This document shows, in pieces, positions 55,848 to 64,000 of a DNA stretch of 64,000 bases. The number at the start of each line of letters is the position of its first letter. Position 1 is the stretch's first letter. This stretch comes from Methanocaldococcus sp. 28A (lineage in GTDB: Archaea > AGJL01 > Methanococci > Methanococcales > Methanocaldococcaceae), in the NCBI GenBank assembly GCA_049852185.1, contig CP187540.1. The stretch is one strand, 5' to 3'. A program made the translations under genes and the position numbers. The notes under the pieces are model-generated. The model worked only from the letters and a program-made list of their open reading frames with translations. It was not told the origin of the DNA and searched no databases.

Positions 55848-55954
55848 ATAGGGGGAAACCCCACGTCCAAGGGGCAATTAATGTCCATTATGAGGCATTG
55901 CTTCCTAAAGGAAGCAATGCATCCGTTTTGATGAAACTTTTTCTAAAAGTTTCA
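55848..55954. repeat. Cluster of palindromic repeat hairpins between the tRNA and lysA
   Basis: gggg-aaa-cccc; gcattgcttcc-taaa-ggaagcaatgc (55895-55920); tgaaactttt-tct-aaaagtttca (55932-55954). Confidence 0.75.
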
Positions 55955-55963
55955 GGTGAAAAT

Positions 55964-57271
55964 ATGTTTTTGGGCAATGATACAGTAGAGATAAAGGATG
56001 GAAGATTCTTTATAGATGGTTATGATGCTATAGAATTGGCTAAGAAGTTTGGAACTCCTTTATATGTAATGTCAGAGGAGCAAATAAAGATAAACTATAA
56101 CAAATATATTGAAGCTTTCAAAAGATGGAAAGAAGAGACAGGAAAGGAGTTTATTATTGCCTATGCATATAAAGCAAATGCAAACTTGGCAATTACAAGA
56201 TTGTTAGCTAAGCTTGGTTGTGGGGCAGATGTTGTTAGTGGAGGAGAGCTATATATAGCAAAGTTGTCAAATGTACCTTCAGAAAAAATTGTTTTCAATG
56301 GAAACTGTAAAACAAAAGAAGAGATTATAATGGGAATTGAAGCAAATATAAGGGCTTTTAATGTTGATAGCATTAGTGAGTTAATTTTAATTAATAAGAC
56401 AGCAAAAGAGCTTGGAGAAGTGGCAAATGTAGCTTTCAGAATAAACCCGAACGTTAATCCAAAAACACATCCAAAGATTTCAACAGGTTTAAAGAAGAAT
56501 AAGTTTGGTTTAGATGTTGAGAGTGGTTTGGCTTTGAAGGCAATAAAAATGGCTTTAGAGATGGAGAATGTAAATGTTGTAGGAGTTCATTGCCATATTG
56601 GTTCTCAATTAACAGATGTAAGTCCATTTGTTGAAGAAACAAGAAAAGTTATGGATTTTGTTGTTGAGTTGAAGAAAGAAGGTATTGAGATTGAGGATGT
56701 TAATTTAGGAGGAGGTTTAGGAATCCCTTATGAAAAAGATAAAGAAATCCCTACCCAAAAAGATTTGGCTGATGCAATAATAAACACTATGTTAGAATAT
56801 AAGGATAAAGTAGAGATGCCAAACCTCATCTTAGAACCTGGTAGAAGTTTGGTAGCTACTGCTGGTTATTTGTTGGGGAAGGTTCACCATGTAAAAGAAA
56901 CACCAATAACAAAATGGGTTATGATTGATGCAGGAATGAACGATATGATGAGACCTGCTATGTATGAAGCATATCATCACATAATAAACTGCAAAGTTAA
57001 GGATAAAAAAGAAAAGGTAAGTGTTGCAGGAGGACTTTGTGAGAGTAGTGATGTCTTTGGTAGAGATAGAGAACTTGACAAAGTAGAGGTTGGAGATATA
57101 TTGGCTATATTTGATGTTGGTGCATATGGAATAAGTATGGCTAACAATTACAACGCAAGAGGAAGGCCAAGAATGATTTTAACAAGTAAGAAGGGTGTGT
57201 TCTTAATTAGAGAAAAAGAGACATACGCTGATTTAATTGCTAAGGATATAATTCCTCCTCATTTGTTGTAA
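55964..57271 (+). CDS. lysA: Diaminopimelate decarboxylase
   Basis: YAYKAN, HCHIGSQ, NLGGG, LEPGR, LCESSD and GAYG motifs; GGTGA RBS before MFLG. Confidence 0.97.
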   Translation: MFLGNDTVEIKDGRFFIDGYDAIELAKKFGTPLYVMSEEQIKINYNKYIEAFKRWKEETGKEFIIAYAYKANANLAITRLLAKLGCGADVVSGGELYIAKLSNVPSEKIVFNGNCKTKEEIIMGIEANIRAFNVDSISELILINKTAKELGEVANVAFRINPNVNPKTHPKISTGLKKNKFGLDVESGLALKAIKMALEMENVNVVGVHCHIGSQLTDVSPFVEETRKVMDFVVELKKEGIEIEDVNLGGGLGIPYEKDKEIPTQKDLADAIINTMLEYKDKVEMPNLILEPGRSLVATAGYLLGKVHHVKETPITKWVMIDAGMNDMMRPAMYEAYHHIINCKVKDKKEKVSVAGGLCESSDVFGRDRELDKVEVGDILAIFDVGAYGISMANNYNARGRPRMILTSKKGVFLIREKETYADLIAKDIIPPHLL

Positions 57272-57452
57272 ATACATTCTTCAATTTTATTTTTATTTAT
57301 TCTTTTATTTTTTAAATTAAATATTTGTTGGTAGAAATAAAGATATTATAAAATATAAAAAGGATTGGAATACACATTGAATAATTGTTTTAAGCAACAA
57401 CTCTTATGTAGAATTATCAGCCAAAAATATGAGTATTGAAGAAATCATCAAG

Positions 57453-57480
57453 ATATAGTAGTGTGCAAAATAAAATAAAA
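57453..57480. repeat. Single end fragment of the 24840 MITE family
   Basis: atatagtagtgtgcaaaataaaataaa matches the left end with one mismatch. Confidence 0.65.
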
Positions 57481-57493
57481 TTTTGGTGAGAGA

Positions 57494-58519
57494 ATGAAAG
57501 AAGTGGCTATAATTGGAGCTACGGGATATACAGGGGCTGAGTTGTTAAGATTATTAGCAAATCATGAAAAAGTTAATGTAACATATATAACCTCAAGAAA
57601 AGAAGATGGAAATCATGTTTTTAAAGTTCATCCACATTTAAAAGGTATTGAAAAATATAAAGATTTGTATTTCACTGGAGATATTGATAAGGTTGAAGCA
57701 GATTTAATATTTACTGCAACACCACACGGAGCTTCAATGGACATAGTTCCAGATTTTATTGAGAAAGGAATGAAAGTTATAGATTTAAGTGGAGATTACA
57801 GATTTGAAGATTTAAGTTTGTATGAAAAATATTATAAAATAAAACATAAAGGATTGCCAGATGTAAAAATTGCTTATGGATTGCCAGAGTTGCATAGAGA
57901 GGATATAAAAAAAGCTCAACTTGTAGCAAATCCTGGATGTTTTCCTACTGGAGCTATTTTAGCAGTAGCACCATTAGTTAAAGATGGTATTATAGAGGAA
58001 AGAATTATATTTGACTCAAAAACTGGAGTTAGTGGAGCTGGAATAAATCCTACAGAAACTACTCACTTCCCAAATGTAAATGAGAACATAAATCCTTACA
58101 AAATAACTACTCACAGACACACTCCAGAGATTGAAAAAGAATTAAAAAAACTTGGAAAGGCTAAGGTTTCATTCACTCCACACTTAGCTCCAATAACAAG
58201 AGGAATTTTAACAACTGCACATACATTTTTAGCTAAGGATGTTGATAGGGAAGAGATAATTAAACTCTATGAAAAATATTATGATAATGAGATTTTTGTT
58301 AGAGTATTTTCAGATGAGATTCCAAAATTAACATGGGTTAGAGGAACAAACTTCTGTGATATTGGAGGGTTTGAGATAGATGAACATGGTAGATTGGTTG
58401 TTATCTCAGCAATAGATAATTTGGTTAAAGGGGCGAGTGGGCAGGCAATACAAAACATGAATATAATGTTTGGATTTGATGAAAAAGAAGGGTTATTTGG
58501 AATTGGATTATATCCATGA
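57494..58519 (+). CDS. argC: N-acetyl-gamma-glutamyl-phosphate reductase
   Basis: [21 protein letters not shown] and [11 protein letters not shown] motifs. Confidence 0.97.
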   Translation: MKEVAIIGATGYTGAELLRLLANHEKVNVTYITSRKEDGNHVFKVHPHLKGIEKYKDLYFTGDIDKVEADLIFTATPHGASMDIVPDFIEKGMKVIDLSGDYRFEDLSLYEKYYKIKHKGLPDVKIAYGLPELHREDIKKAQLVANPGCFPTGAILAVAPLVKDGIIEERIIFDSKTGVSGAGINPTETTHFPNVNENINPYKITTHRHTPEIEKELKKLGKAKVSFTPHLAPITRGILTTAHTFLAKDVDREEIIKLYEKYYDNEIFVRVFSDEIPKLTWVRGTNFCDIGGFEIDEHGRLVVISAIDNLVKGASGQAIQNMNIMFGFDEKEGLFGIGLYP

Positions 58520-58552
58520 GTTTATCTTTTTATTTTTTATAGAGGTGATTGT

Positions 58553-59224
58553 ATGAAAGTTGCTGTTTTGTATTCTGGAGGAAAAGATTCAAACTATGCT
58601 TTATATTGGGCATTAAAAGAAGGTTTTGATGTAAAATATCTTGTGAATGTTGAGAGTGAAAATAAAGAAAGTTATATGTTCCATATCCCAAATGTGCATT
58701 TAACTGAGTTGAGTGCCGAAGCTGTAGGCATTCCTTTAATAAAACTATATACAAAAGGAGAAAAAGAAAAAGAAGTAGAAGATTTAAAAAAAGGACTTAA
58801 AAAATTAGATGTTGAGGGTGTTGTTACTGGAGCAATAGCAAGTGTTTATCAAAAATCAAGAATTGATAGAGTTTGTGAGGAACTTGGGTTAAAATCTTTT
58901 TCTCCATTATGGCACAAAGACCCTGAATGGATTTTAAGAACTGTGAGTGAGCTTTTTGATGTTAGAATTGTTGGAGTTTATGCTTATGGGTTAGGTAAAG
59001 AATGGTTAGGAAAGAGAATAACAAAAGAAAATATTGATAGATTATTAAATATTTGCGAAAAGTATGGAATACATAAGGCATTTGAAGGAGGAGAAGCTGA
59101 GACTTTTGTTTTTGATTCTCCTGTTTTTAAAAAAAGAATTGAGGTTTTAGAAGCAGAGATAGAATGGCATGAAACTTGGGGAATCTACCATATTAAGAAA
59201 GCAAAATTAGTTGATAAGGAATAA
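58553..59224 (+). CDS. PP-loop ATPase, diphthine-ammonia ligase (Dph6)-like
   Basis: YSGGKDS, SYMFH, SPLW and EGGEAET motifs. Confidence 0.88.
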   Translation: MKVAVLYSGGKDSNYALYWALKEGFDVKYLVNVESENKESYMFHIPNVHLTELSAEAVGIPLIKLYTKGEKEKEVEDLKKGLKKLDVEGVVTGAIASVYQKSRIDRVCEELGLKSFSPLWHKDPEWILRTVSELFDVRIVGVYAYGLGKEWLGKRITKENIDRLLNICEKYGIHKAFEGGEAETFVFDSPVFKKRIEVLEAEIEWHETWGIYHIKKAKLVDKE

Positions 59225-59233
59225 AGGGATATA

Positions 59234-60112
59234 ATGATTAGGATAGGAACAAGAGGTAGTAAGTTAGCATTATATCAAGCAAATAAGGTTGCTGAAAAAT
59301 TAAAGAATTTAGGGTATGAGGTAGAGATAAAGATAATTAAAACAACTGGAGATAAAATTTTGAATAAAAAACTTTCTGATATTGGTATTGGTGTCTTTAC
59401 AAAAGAATTGGATTTGGCTATGTTAAATAATGAGATAGATATAGCTGTTCATAGCTTAAAGGATATTCCAACTATCTGGAATGAAAACTTAATGGTTGGG
59501 GCAGTTTTGGAAAGAGATAGTTATTATGATTTGTTAATTTGGAATAAAGATATTGATTTTGATGAAAATAGCGAGATAGTTATAGGAACTTCAAGTTTAA
59601 GAAGAAGAGCTTTTTTAAAGTTTATTTATAAAAATGCAAAATTTGAACTGTTGAGGGGAAACGTAGATACAAGATTAAGAAAGCTTAAAGATGGGCTTTA
59701 TGATGCTATTGTTTTATCTGAAGCTGGAATAATTAGATTAGGGATTAATTTAGATGATTTTAACTATAAGAGGCTAAATATTCTTCCAGCTCCTGCTCAA
59801 GGGATTATAGCTGTTGCATGTAAAAGAGATGATAAAGAGATGAGAAATATTTTAAAAGAAATTAACCATGAAAAAACGTATTTAGAATCAACTTGTGAAA
59901 GAACGGCATTAAATGAATTTGGGGGAGGTTGTAGTGTTCCATTTGGAGCTTTAGCAATTTATGATGAAAAAAATAAAACATTAAAATTAAATGCAGGAGT
60001 TGTTATAAATGATGAGCTAAAAAAAGCTTTTGGAGAAATAAAATGTAAAATTGATGATGTTGATAAAGCCATAGAGCTTGGAAAAAAGATTGGAATTAAG
60101 TTGAAAAATTAA
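59234..60112 (+). CDS. hemC: Hydroxymethylbilane synthase
   Basis: IGTRGSKLA, AVHSLKD, GTSSLRR, RGNVDTRL and GGCSVP motifs. Confidence 0.97.
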   Translation: MIRIGTRGSKLALYQANKVAEKLKNLGYEVEIKIIKTTGDKILNKKLSDIGIGVFTKELDLAMLNNEIDIAVHSLKDIPTIWNENLMVGAVLERDSYYDLLIWNKDIDFDENSEIVIGTSSLRRRAFLKFIYKNAKFELLRGNVDTRLRKLKDGLYDAIVLSEAGIIRLGINLDDFNYKRLNILPAPAQGIIAVACKRDDKEMRNILKEINHEKTYLESTCERTALNEFGGGCSVPFGALAIYDEKNKTLKLNAGVVINDELKKAFGEIKCKIDDVDKAIELGKKIGIKLKN

Positions 60113-60122
60113 TTTTAAATTT

Positions 60123-60500
60123 TTAATTTTTATTTTTATATTTTTCTATAAAAATTTTTAATCTCTCCAAAACTTCATCAGACATTGCATGCTCTAGCTT
60201 ACACGCCTCTTCAGATGCAGTTTTTTCATCTAAACCTAAAAACTCTACTAAAAATATTTTAATAGTTTTATGTTTATCTAATATTTTTTTAGCTTTTTCT
60301 ATACCTTTTTCTGTTAAAGATAGTCCAATATATGGCTCATAGTTTATATATCCTAATTTATGCAACTTTTTTGCCATGTTTGTAACTGCTGATGGTTTTA
60401 TATTTAATAATTTAGCTAATTCAGTTGTTTTTATTGGTCTATTGTTTTCTTTTGTAAATAGATAAATCCTCTCTAAGTAATCTTCAATACTTTGTGACAT
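60123..60500 (-). CDS. DtxR/MntR-family metal-dependent repressor
   Basis: EDYLERIY, HTH, LTEKG and EEACKLEH motifs; divergent from feoAB. Confidence 0.93.
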   Translation of the reverse strand: MSQSIEDYLERIYLFTKENNRPIKTTELAKLLNIKPSAVTNMAKKLHKLGYINYEPYIGLSLTEKGIEKAKKILDKHKTIKIFLVEFLGLDEKTASEEACKLEHAMSDEVLERLKIFIEKYKNKN

Positions 60501-60533
60501 GATGCCACCGAAAGGTTTTTATACTCTGCATGT

Positions 60534-60578
60534 AATTATTTAACTACAGTTAAAAGTTTTAATTATAGTTAAATAATT
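60534..60578. promoter_or_regulatory. 45-bp palindrome made of two tandem 16-bp palindromes; candidate operator for the DtxR-family repressor
   Basis: tttaactacagttaaa (60539-60554) and tttaattatagttaaa (60558-60573), between the divergent regulator and feoA. Confidence 0.65.
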
Positions 60579-60605
60579 TAATCATATATAAATATTGTGG
60601 TGGTT

Positions 60606-60827
60606 ATGTATCCATTGGCTTTTGCTAAAGAGGGAGAGGAAGTTATTATAAAGAGTATTAACGCTGGATGTGGAGCTATGCAGAGATTGGCAAGTATGGG
60701 GATAAATATAGGGAGTAGAATAAAAGTTATAAGAAATCAAAATGGACCTGTAATTGTGTCAGCAAGAGGATGTAATATTGCAATAGGAAAGGGATTAGCA
60801 ATGAGAATAATTGTTGAAAGGGCGTAA
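60606..60827 (+). CDS. feoA: Ferrous iron transport protein A
   Basis: RLASMGI...GPVIV...IAIGKGLA; upstream of feoB. Confidence 0.93.
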   Translation: MYPLAFAKEGEEVIIKSINAGCGAMQRLASMGINIGSRIKVIRNQNGPVIVSARGCNIAIGKGLAMRIIVERA

Positions 60828-60904
60828 AAGTTTTGAAAAATGTTTTACAAAAAATTATAAGACAACTATAATTAGTTTATTTAGTTTATAATGTTATTTA
60901 CCAA

Positions 60905-62944
60905 ATGGTGGAGAAAATGGATAATAAATATAAAATAGCATTGATTGGTAATCCAAATGTTGGTAAATCTACACTATTTAATGTCCTAACTGGGGAAAAC
61001 GTCTATATAGGAAATTGGCCGGGTGTTACAGTAGAAAAAAAAGAAGGGGAATTTGAATTTAATGGAGAGAAATTTAAAGTGGTTGATTTGCCTGGTGTTT
61101 ATAGTTTAACGGCTAATTCTATTGATGAAGTTGTTGCAAGGGATTACATAATAAATGAAAAACCTGACTTAGTTGTTAATATTGTTGATGCCACCGCCTT
61201 AGAGAGAAATTTATATTTAACTTTGCAATTAATGGAGATGGGGGCTAATTTATTATTAGCTTTAAATAAAATGGATTTAGCAAAGAGTTTGGGAATAGAG
61301 ATTGATGTGAATAAATTAGAAAAGATTTTAGGGGTTAAAGTAGTTCCATTGTCTGCAGTAAAAAAGAAGGGTATTGATGAATTAAAAAAGGCGATATTTG
61401 AAGCAGTTAATAATAAAAATAAAAAATCATCAGATATTATTAAATATCCACACTTTGAGTCATATATTAAGAAGATTGTATCAATTTTACAGAAAGATGA
61501 AAATTTAAAGAAATATAATTTAAGATACTTGGCTATAAAGTTACTTGAAAAAGATAATTATGTAGAAGAGATTGTAAAAAATAGCAAAGTTTGGAATGAA
61601 TTAAATCCAGTTTTAGATAATATATTAAAAGAATTATCCAAAAAATATGGGGAGGCAGAGTTAGGAATAGTTGAAGAGAGGTATAAAGTTATTGATAAAA
61701 TTGTTAAAGAAGTTGTTAAAAAGAAATCTGGTAAATTAACAACTACACAAATGCTTGATGATGTTTTAACTGATGAAAAAATAGGAACTTTATTGATGAT
61801 TCCATTTTTATGGATGTTATTTAAATTTACATTTGATGTTTCTGCTCCATTTTCAGCTATGATAGAGCATATCTTTGGATTTTTGGCAGAGGTCGTGAAA
61901 TCATCTATATCTAATAAATTAATAGCTTCATTATTAGCAGATGGTATTATATCAGGGGTTGGGGCGGTTTTAGTATTTTTTCCAATATTAGCATTTTTGT
62001 TCTTTGCTTTGTCTTTCTTAGAAGATAGTGGATATATGGCAAGAATTCCATTTATAGCAGATAGAGTTATGAATAAATTTGGTTTGCCAGGGAAAGCAGT
62101 AATTCCATTAGTTATGGGTTTTGGTTGTAATGTTCCAGCAATAATGGCTGCAAGAACTATAGAAGATGAGAAAGATAGAATTCTAACTATATTAATAAAT
62201 CCATTAATATCCTGCTCTGCAAGATTACCTATCTATGCATTATTTGCTGGAGCATTGTTTTCAAAATATCAGGGAATTGTGATTATAAGCATGTATGCTC
62301 TTGGGTTAGTTTTAGCTTTAATCACAGCAGTTATATTTAGAAATTTTGTATTTAAAACCTCTCCTTCATACTTAATTGTTGAACTACCTCCCTACCATAT
62401 CCCACATTTAAATATAGTCCTGAAAAATACTTGGGAGAGAGTTTATGACTTTTTAAGAAAGGCAGGAACTATAATAATCTTTGGAGTTATGTTAGTTTGG
62501 TTTCTCTCCATTTATGGACCTTCAGGATACTTAGGTGTGGAAGCTTTAGAGAATCCTCAAATAATAGCTAATTCATATGTTGCATTAATTGGAAAAACTT
62601 TAGCTCCAATATTTAGTCCAATGGGTTGGGATTGGAAAGCATGCTCTGCTTTGGTGTTTGGAATTATAGCTAAAGAGGTAGTAGTTGGAACTTTGGCTAT
62701 GTTATATGGGGCTGGAAAGGAAAATTTAACTCATATTATTGTAAATGCCTTCACACCAATTTCTGCCTTGTCATTTATGGCATTCTCTTCACTATACCTC
62801 CCATGTATAGCAACATTGGCTGTAATTAAACAGGAACTTGGTTGGAAATGGGCATTATTTACTGTTGTTTATGGAATATCATTGGCTTATATTGTAGCTT
62901 TAATAATCTCGGTCGTTGGGATGGGACTTTTGCAATTTATATAA
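60905..62944 (+). CDS. feoB: Ferrous iron transport protein B
   Basis: GNPNVGKS, GNWPGVTVE, DLPG, LEDSGYMAR, GFGCNVP and CSARLP motifs. Confidence 0.97.
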   Translation: MVEKMDNKYKIALIGNPNVGKSTLFNVLTGENVYIGNWPGVTVEKKEGEFEFNGEKFKVVDLPGVYSLTANSIDEVVARDYIINEKPDLVVNIVDATALERNLYLTLQLMEMGANLLLALNKMDLAKSLGIEIDVNKLEKILGVKVVPLSAVKKKGIDELKKAIFEAVNNKNKKSSDIIKYPHFESYIKKIVSILQKDENLKKYNLRYLAIKLLEKDNYVEEIVKNSKVWNELNPVLDNILKELSKKYGEAELGIVEERYKVIDKIVKEVVKKKSGKLTTTQMLDDVLTDEKIGTLLMIPFLWMLFKFTFDVSAPFSAMIEHIFGFLAEVVKSSISNKLIASLLADGIISGVGAVLVFFPILAFLFFALSFLEDSGYMARIPFIADRVMNKFGLPGKAVIPLVMGFGCNVPAIMAARTIEDEKDRILTILINPLISCSARLPIYALFAGALFSKYQGIVIISMYALGLVLALITAVIFRNFVFKTSPSYLIVELPPYHIPHLNIVLKNTWERVYDFLRKAGTIIIFGVMLVWFLSIYGPSGYLGVEALENPQIIANSYVALIGKTLAPIFSPMGWDWKACSALVFGIIAKEVVVGTLAMLYGAGKENLTHIIVNAFTPISALSFMAFSSLYLPCIATLAVIKQELGWKWALFTVVYGISLAYIVALIISVVGMGLLQFI

Positions 62945-63020
62945 AATTTATAATATAGGCGGATGCCTTTAAATTCATTCCTGCGAAAGACCTTTGGAAA
63001 TCTATTATAGGTGATTAGTT

Positions 63021-63452
63021 ATGGATATAAAAAACATAAAGAATATTATAAGTTCTATATCTTTAGTATATGGAATTTTATTTTCAGTTTCTGGAATTAT
63101 TGAGATAATAATTGGGACTTATTCAATATTAGGAGTTAAGATAAATTTACCTTTATTTGTAGGGGATGTATTTGGTGGTTTGGCATTATTGGCTGTAGGG
63201 ATAACATACTTTTTGGGCGTAAAAAAAGCGATAGGTGAAGATATAAAGGCAGTTTCTTATTTATTTACTGCTTCAATCATTGGTTTGGGTATAGGAATAA
63301 TTGCTTTTTTACTTTTAATATCTAATGCTATTGGATATTTGTTAGGTTTTGAGGATTGGGCAGATTGGAGTGTTTTTAATGATTTAACCATATATTTGAT
63401 TTTAGGGGCGCTTGCAGTAATTCCATATAAAATTGTTAAAACATTATTATAA
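63021..63452 (+). CDS. Hypothetical 4-TM membrane protein
   Basis: Four hydrophobic helices; GGTGA RBS. Confidence 0.7.
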   Translation: MDIKNIKNIISSISLVYGILFSVSGIIEIIIGTYSILGVKINLPLFVGDVFGGLALLAVGITYFLGVKKAIGEDIKAVSYLFTASIIGLGIGIIAFLLLISNAIGYLLGFEDWADWSVFNDLTIYLILGALAVIPYKIVKTLL

Positions 63453-63456
63453 TTAT

Positions 63457-63855
63457 TTATTCAATAATCTCAATAGCTTTAAATGGACATGCTTTCATAC
63501 AATTTTTACAACCAACACACTCTTCCTCTTTAAACACTACATTATATTCTTCATCATCCATATATATTGCATTTATTGGACATTGAGTGATACAGCAACC
63601 ACAATGTACACACTTCTCTAAATCTCTTTTTATGACCTTAGAGATTTCTTCAACTTCTCCAAACTTTGATAAATAATCTAAAGCTTTCTCTATTGTTTCT
63701 TTATTTCCAAATAACTCTAATATTAAAAATGCTTCCTGTGGCTCTACCTTTGCCTTTAAAATGTTTATCTTAACTCCAGTATTCAATATAGTATCAGAAA
63801 TAACTGGCTCATTTATATGCTCTGAGGCAGTCCAGTAGTATATTCTCTTCTTCAT
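63457..63855 (-). CDS. NIL domain + ferredoxin protein (Fe-S partner of L-aspartate semialdehyde sulfurtransferase)
   Basis: NEPVIS...VKINILKAKV NIL domain; two CxxCxxCxxxCP motifs; coupled to the upstream CBS-domain gene. Confidence 0.85.
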   Translation of the reverse strand: MKKRIYYWTASEHINEPVISDTILNTGVKINILKAKVEPQEAFLILELFGNKETIEKALDYLSKFGEVEEISKVIKRDLEKCVHCGCCITQCPINAIYMDDEEYNVVFKEEECVGCKNCMKACPFKAIEIIE

Positions 63856-64000
63856 TTTTTCCCTCCGAATAATCTTGAGATATCTTCAGATGTTACAATA
63901 CCTACAACTCTTCTATAGTCATCAACCACAGGAACTCCTGAAATGTTGTTTTTGCTCATCTTTCTTGCTACATGGTCAACTGGTTCATCTTCATGAGCTG
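63852..64000 (-). CDS. C-terminal CBS domain of a gene cut by the window edge (likely L-aspartate semialdehyde sulfurtransferase, homocysteine synthesis)
   Basis: Hand translation AHEDEPVDHVARKMSKNNISGVPVVDDYRRVVGIVTSEDISRLFGGKK*; ATGA overlap with the NIL-ferredoxin gene. Confidence 0.78.
   Translation of the reverse strand, partial: AHEDEPVDHVARKMSKNNISGVPVVDDYRRVVGIVTSEDISRLFGGKK

Noticed and set aside
55845-55960. Lysine riboswitch, or an N-terminal extension of LysA from 55898
   Set aside because: Too short, no L-box features; the hairpins look like dispersed repeats, and an RBS supports the start at 55964.
57330-57458. Possible gene remnant (IIVLSNNSYVELSAKNMSIEEIIKI*) ending at a MITE fragment
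   Set aside because: Too short, no start codon and no motif I can assign.
62955-63008. Another IS701-like MITE after feoB (ataggc...ctgcgaaagacct)
   Set aside because: Too degenerate to define ends with confidence.

Overview
AT-rich (~30% GC) chromosome segment of a hyperthermophilic methanogen, most likely Methanocaldococcus (gene content, GGTGA ribosome-binding sites, CRISPR repeat type). Most of it is housekeeping: rlmE, uppS, ribL, pan, aroC, pyrG, the fwdHFGDA-x-C operon, lysC, pheT, thrB, dUTPase, glmU, glmM, mfnB, tRNA-Arg(GCG), lysA, argC, hemC and a DtxR-family regulator with feoAB. The standout is a ~15 kb locus (26.3-41.6 kb). It encodes a FecCD/BtuCD-type ABC importer whose two substrate-binding proteins have no lipid or membrane anchor and instead carry N-terminal dockerin modules. 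Four co-encoded surface proteins carry cohesin-like modules plus a C-terminal membrane helix or an S-layer-type domain. This looks like a cellulosome-style scaffold used for trace-metal or corrinoid uptake. Other accessory features: an intact IS701-family element whose ends are shared with short palindromic MITEs, a decayed tnpB, a second MITE family bracketing an orphan CRISPR array, an in-frame palindrome insertion in an ATPase gene, and a pelG/pelF-like exopolysaccharide cassette with a probable decayed PelA/GH114-like hydrolase. Family calls come from recognising motifs by eye, not from database searches. Some starts were moved from the ORF track to the likely start codon.
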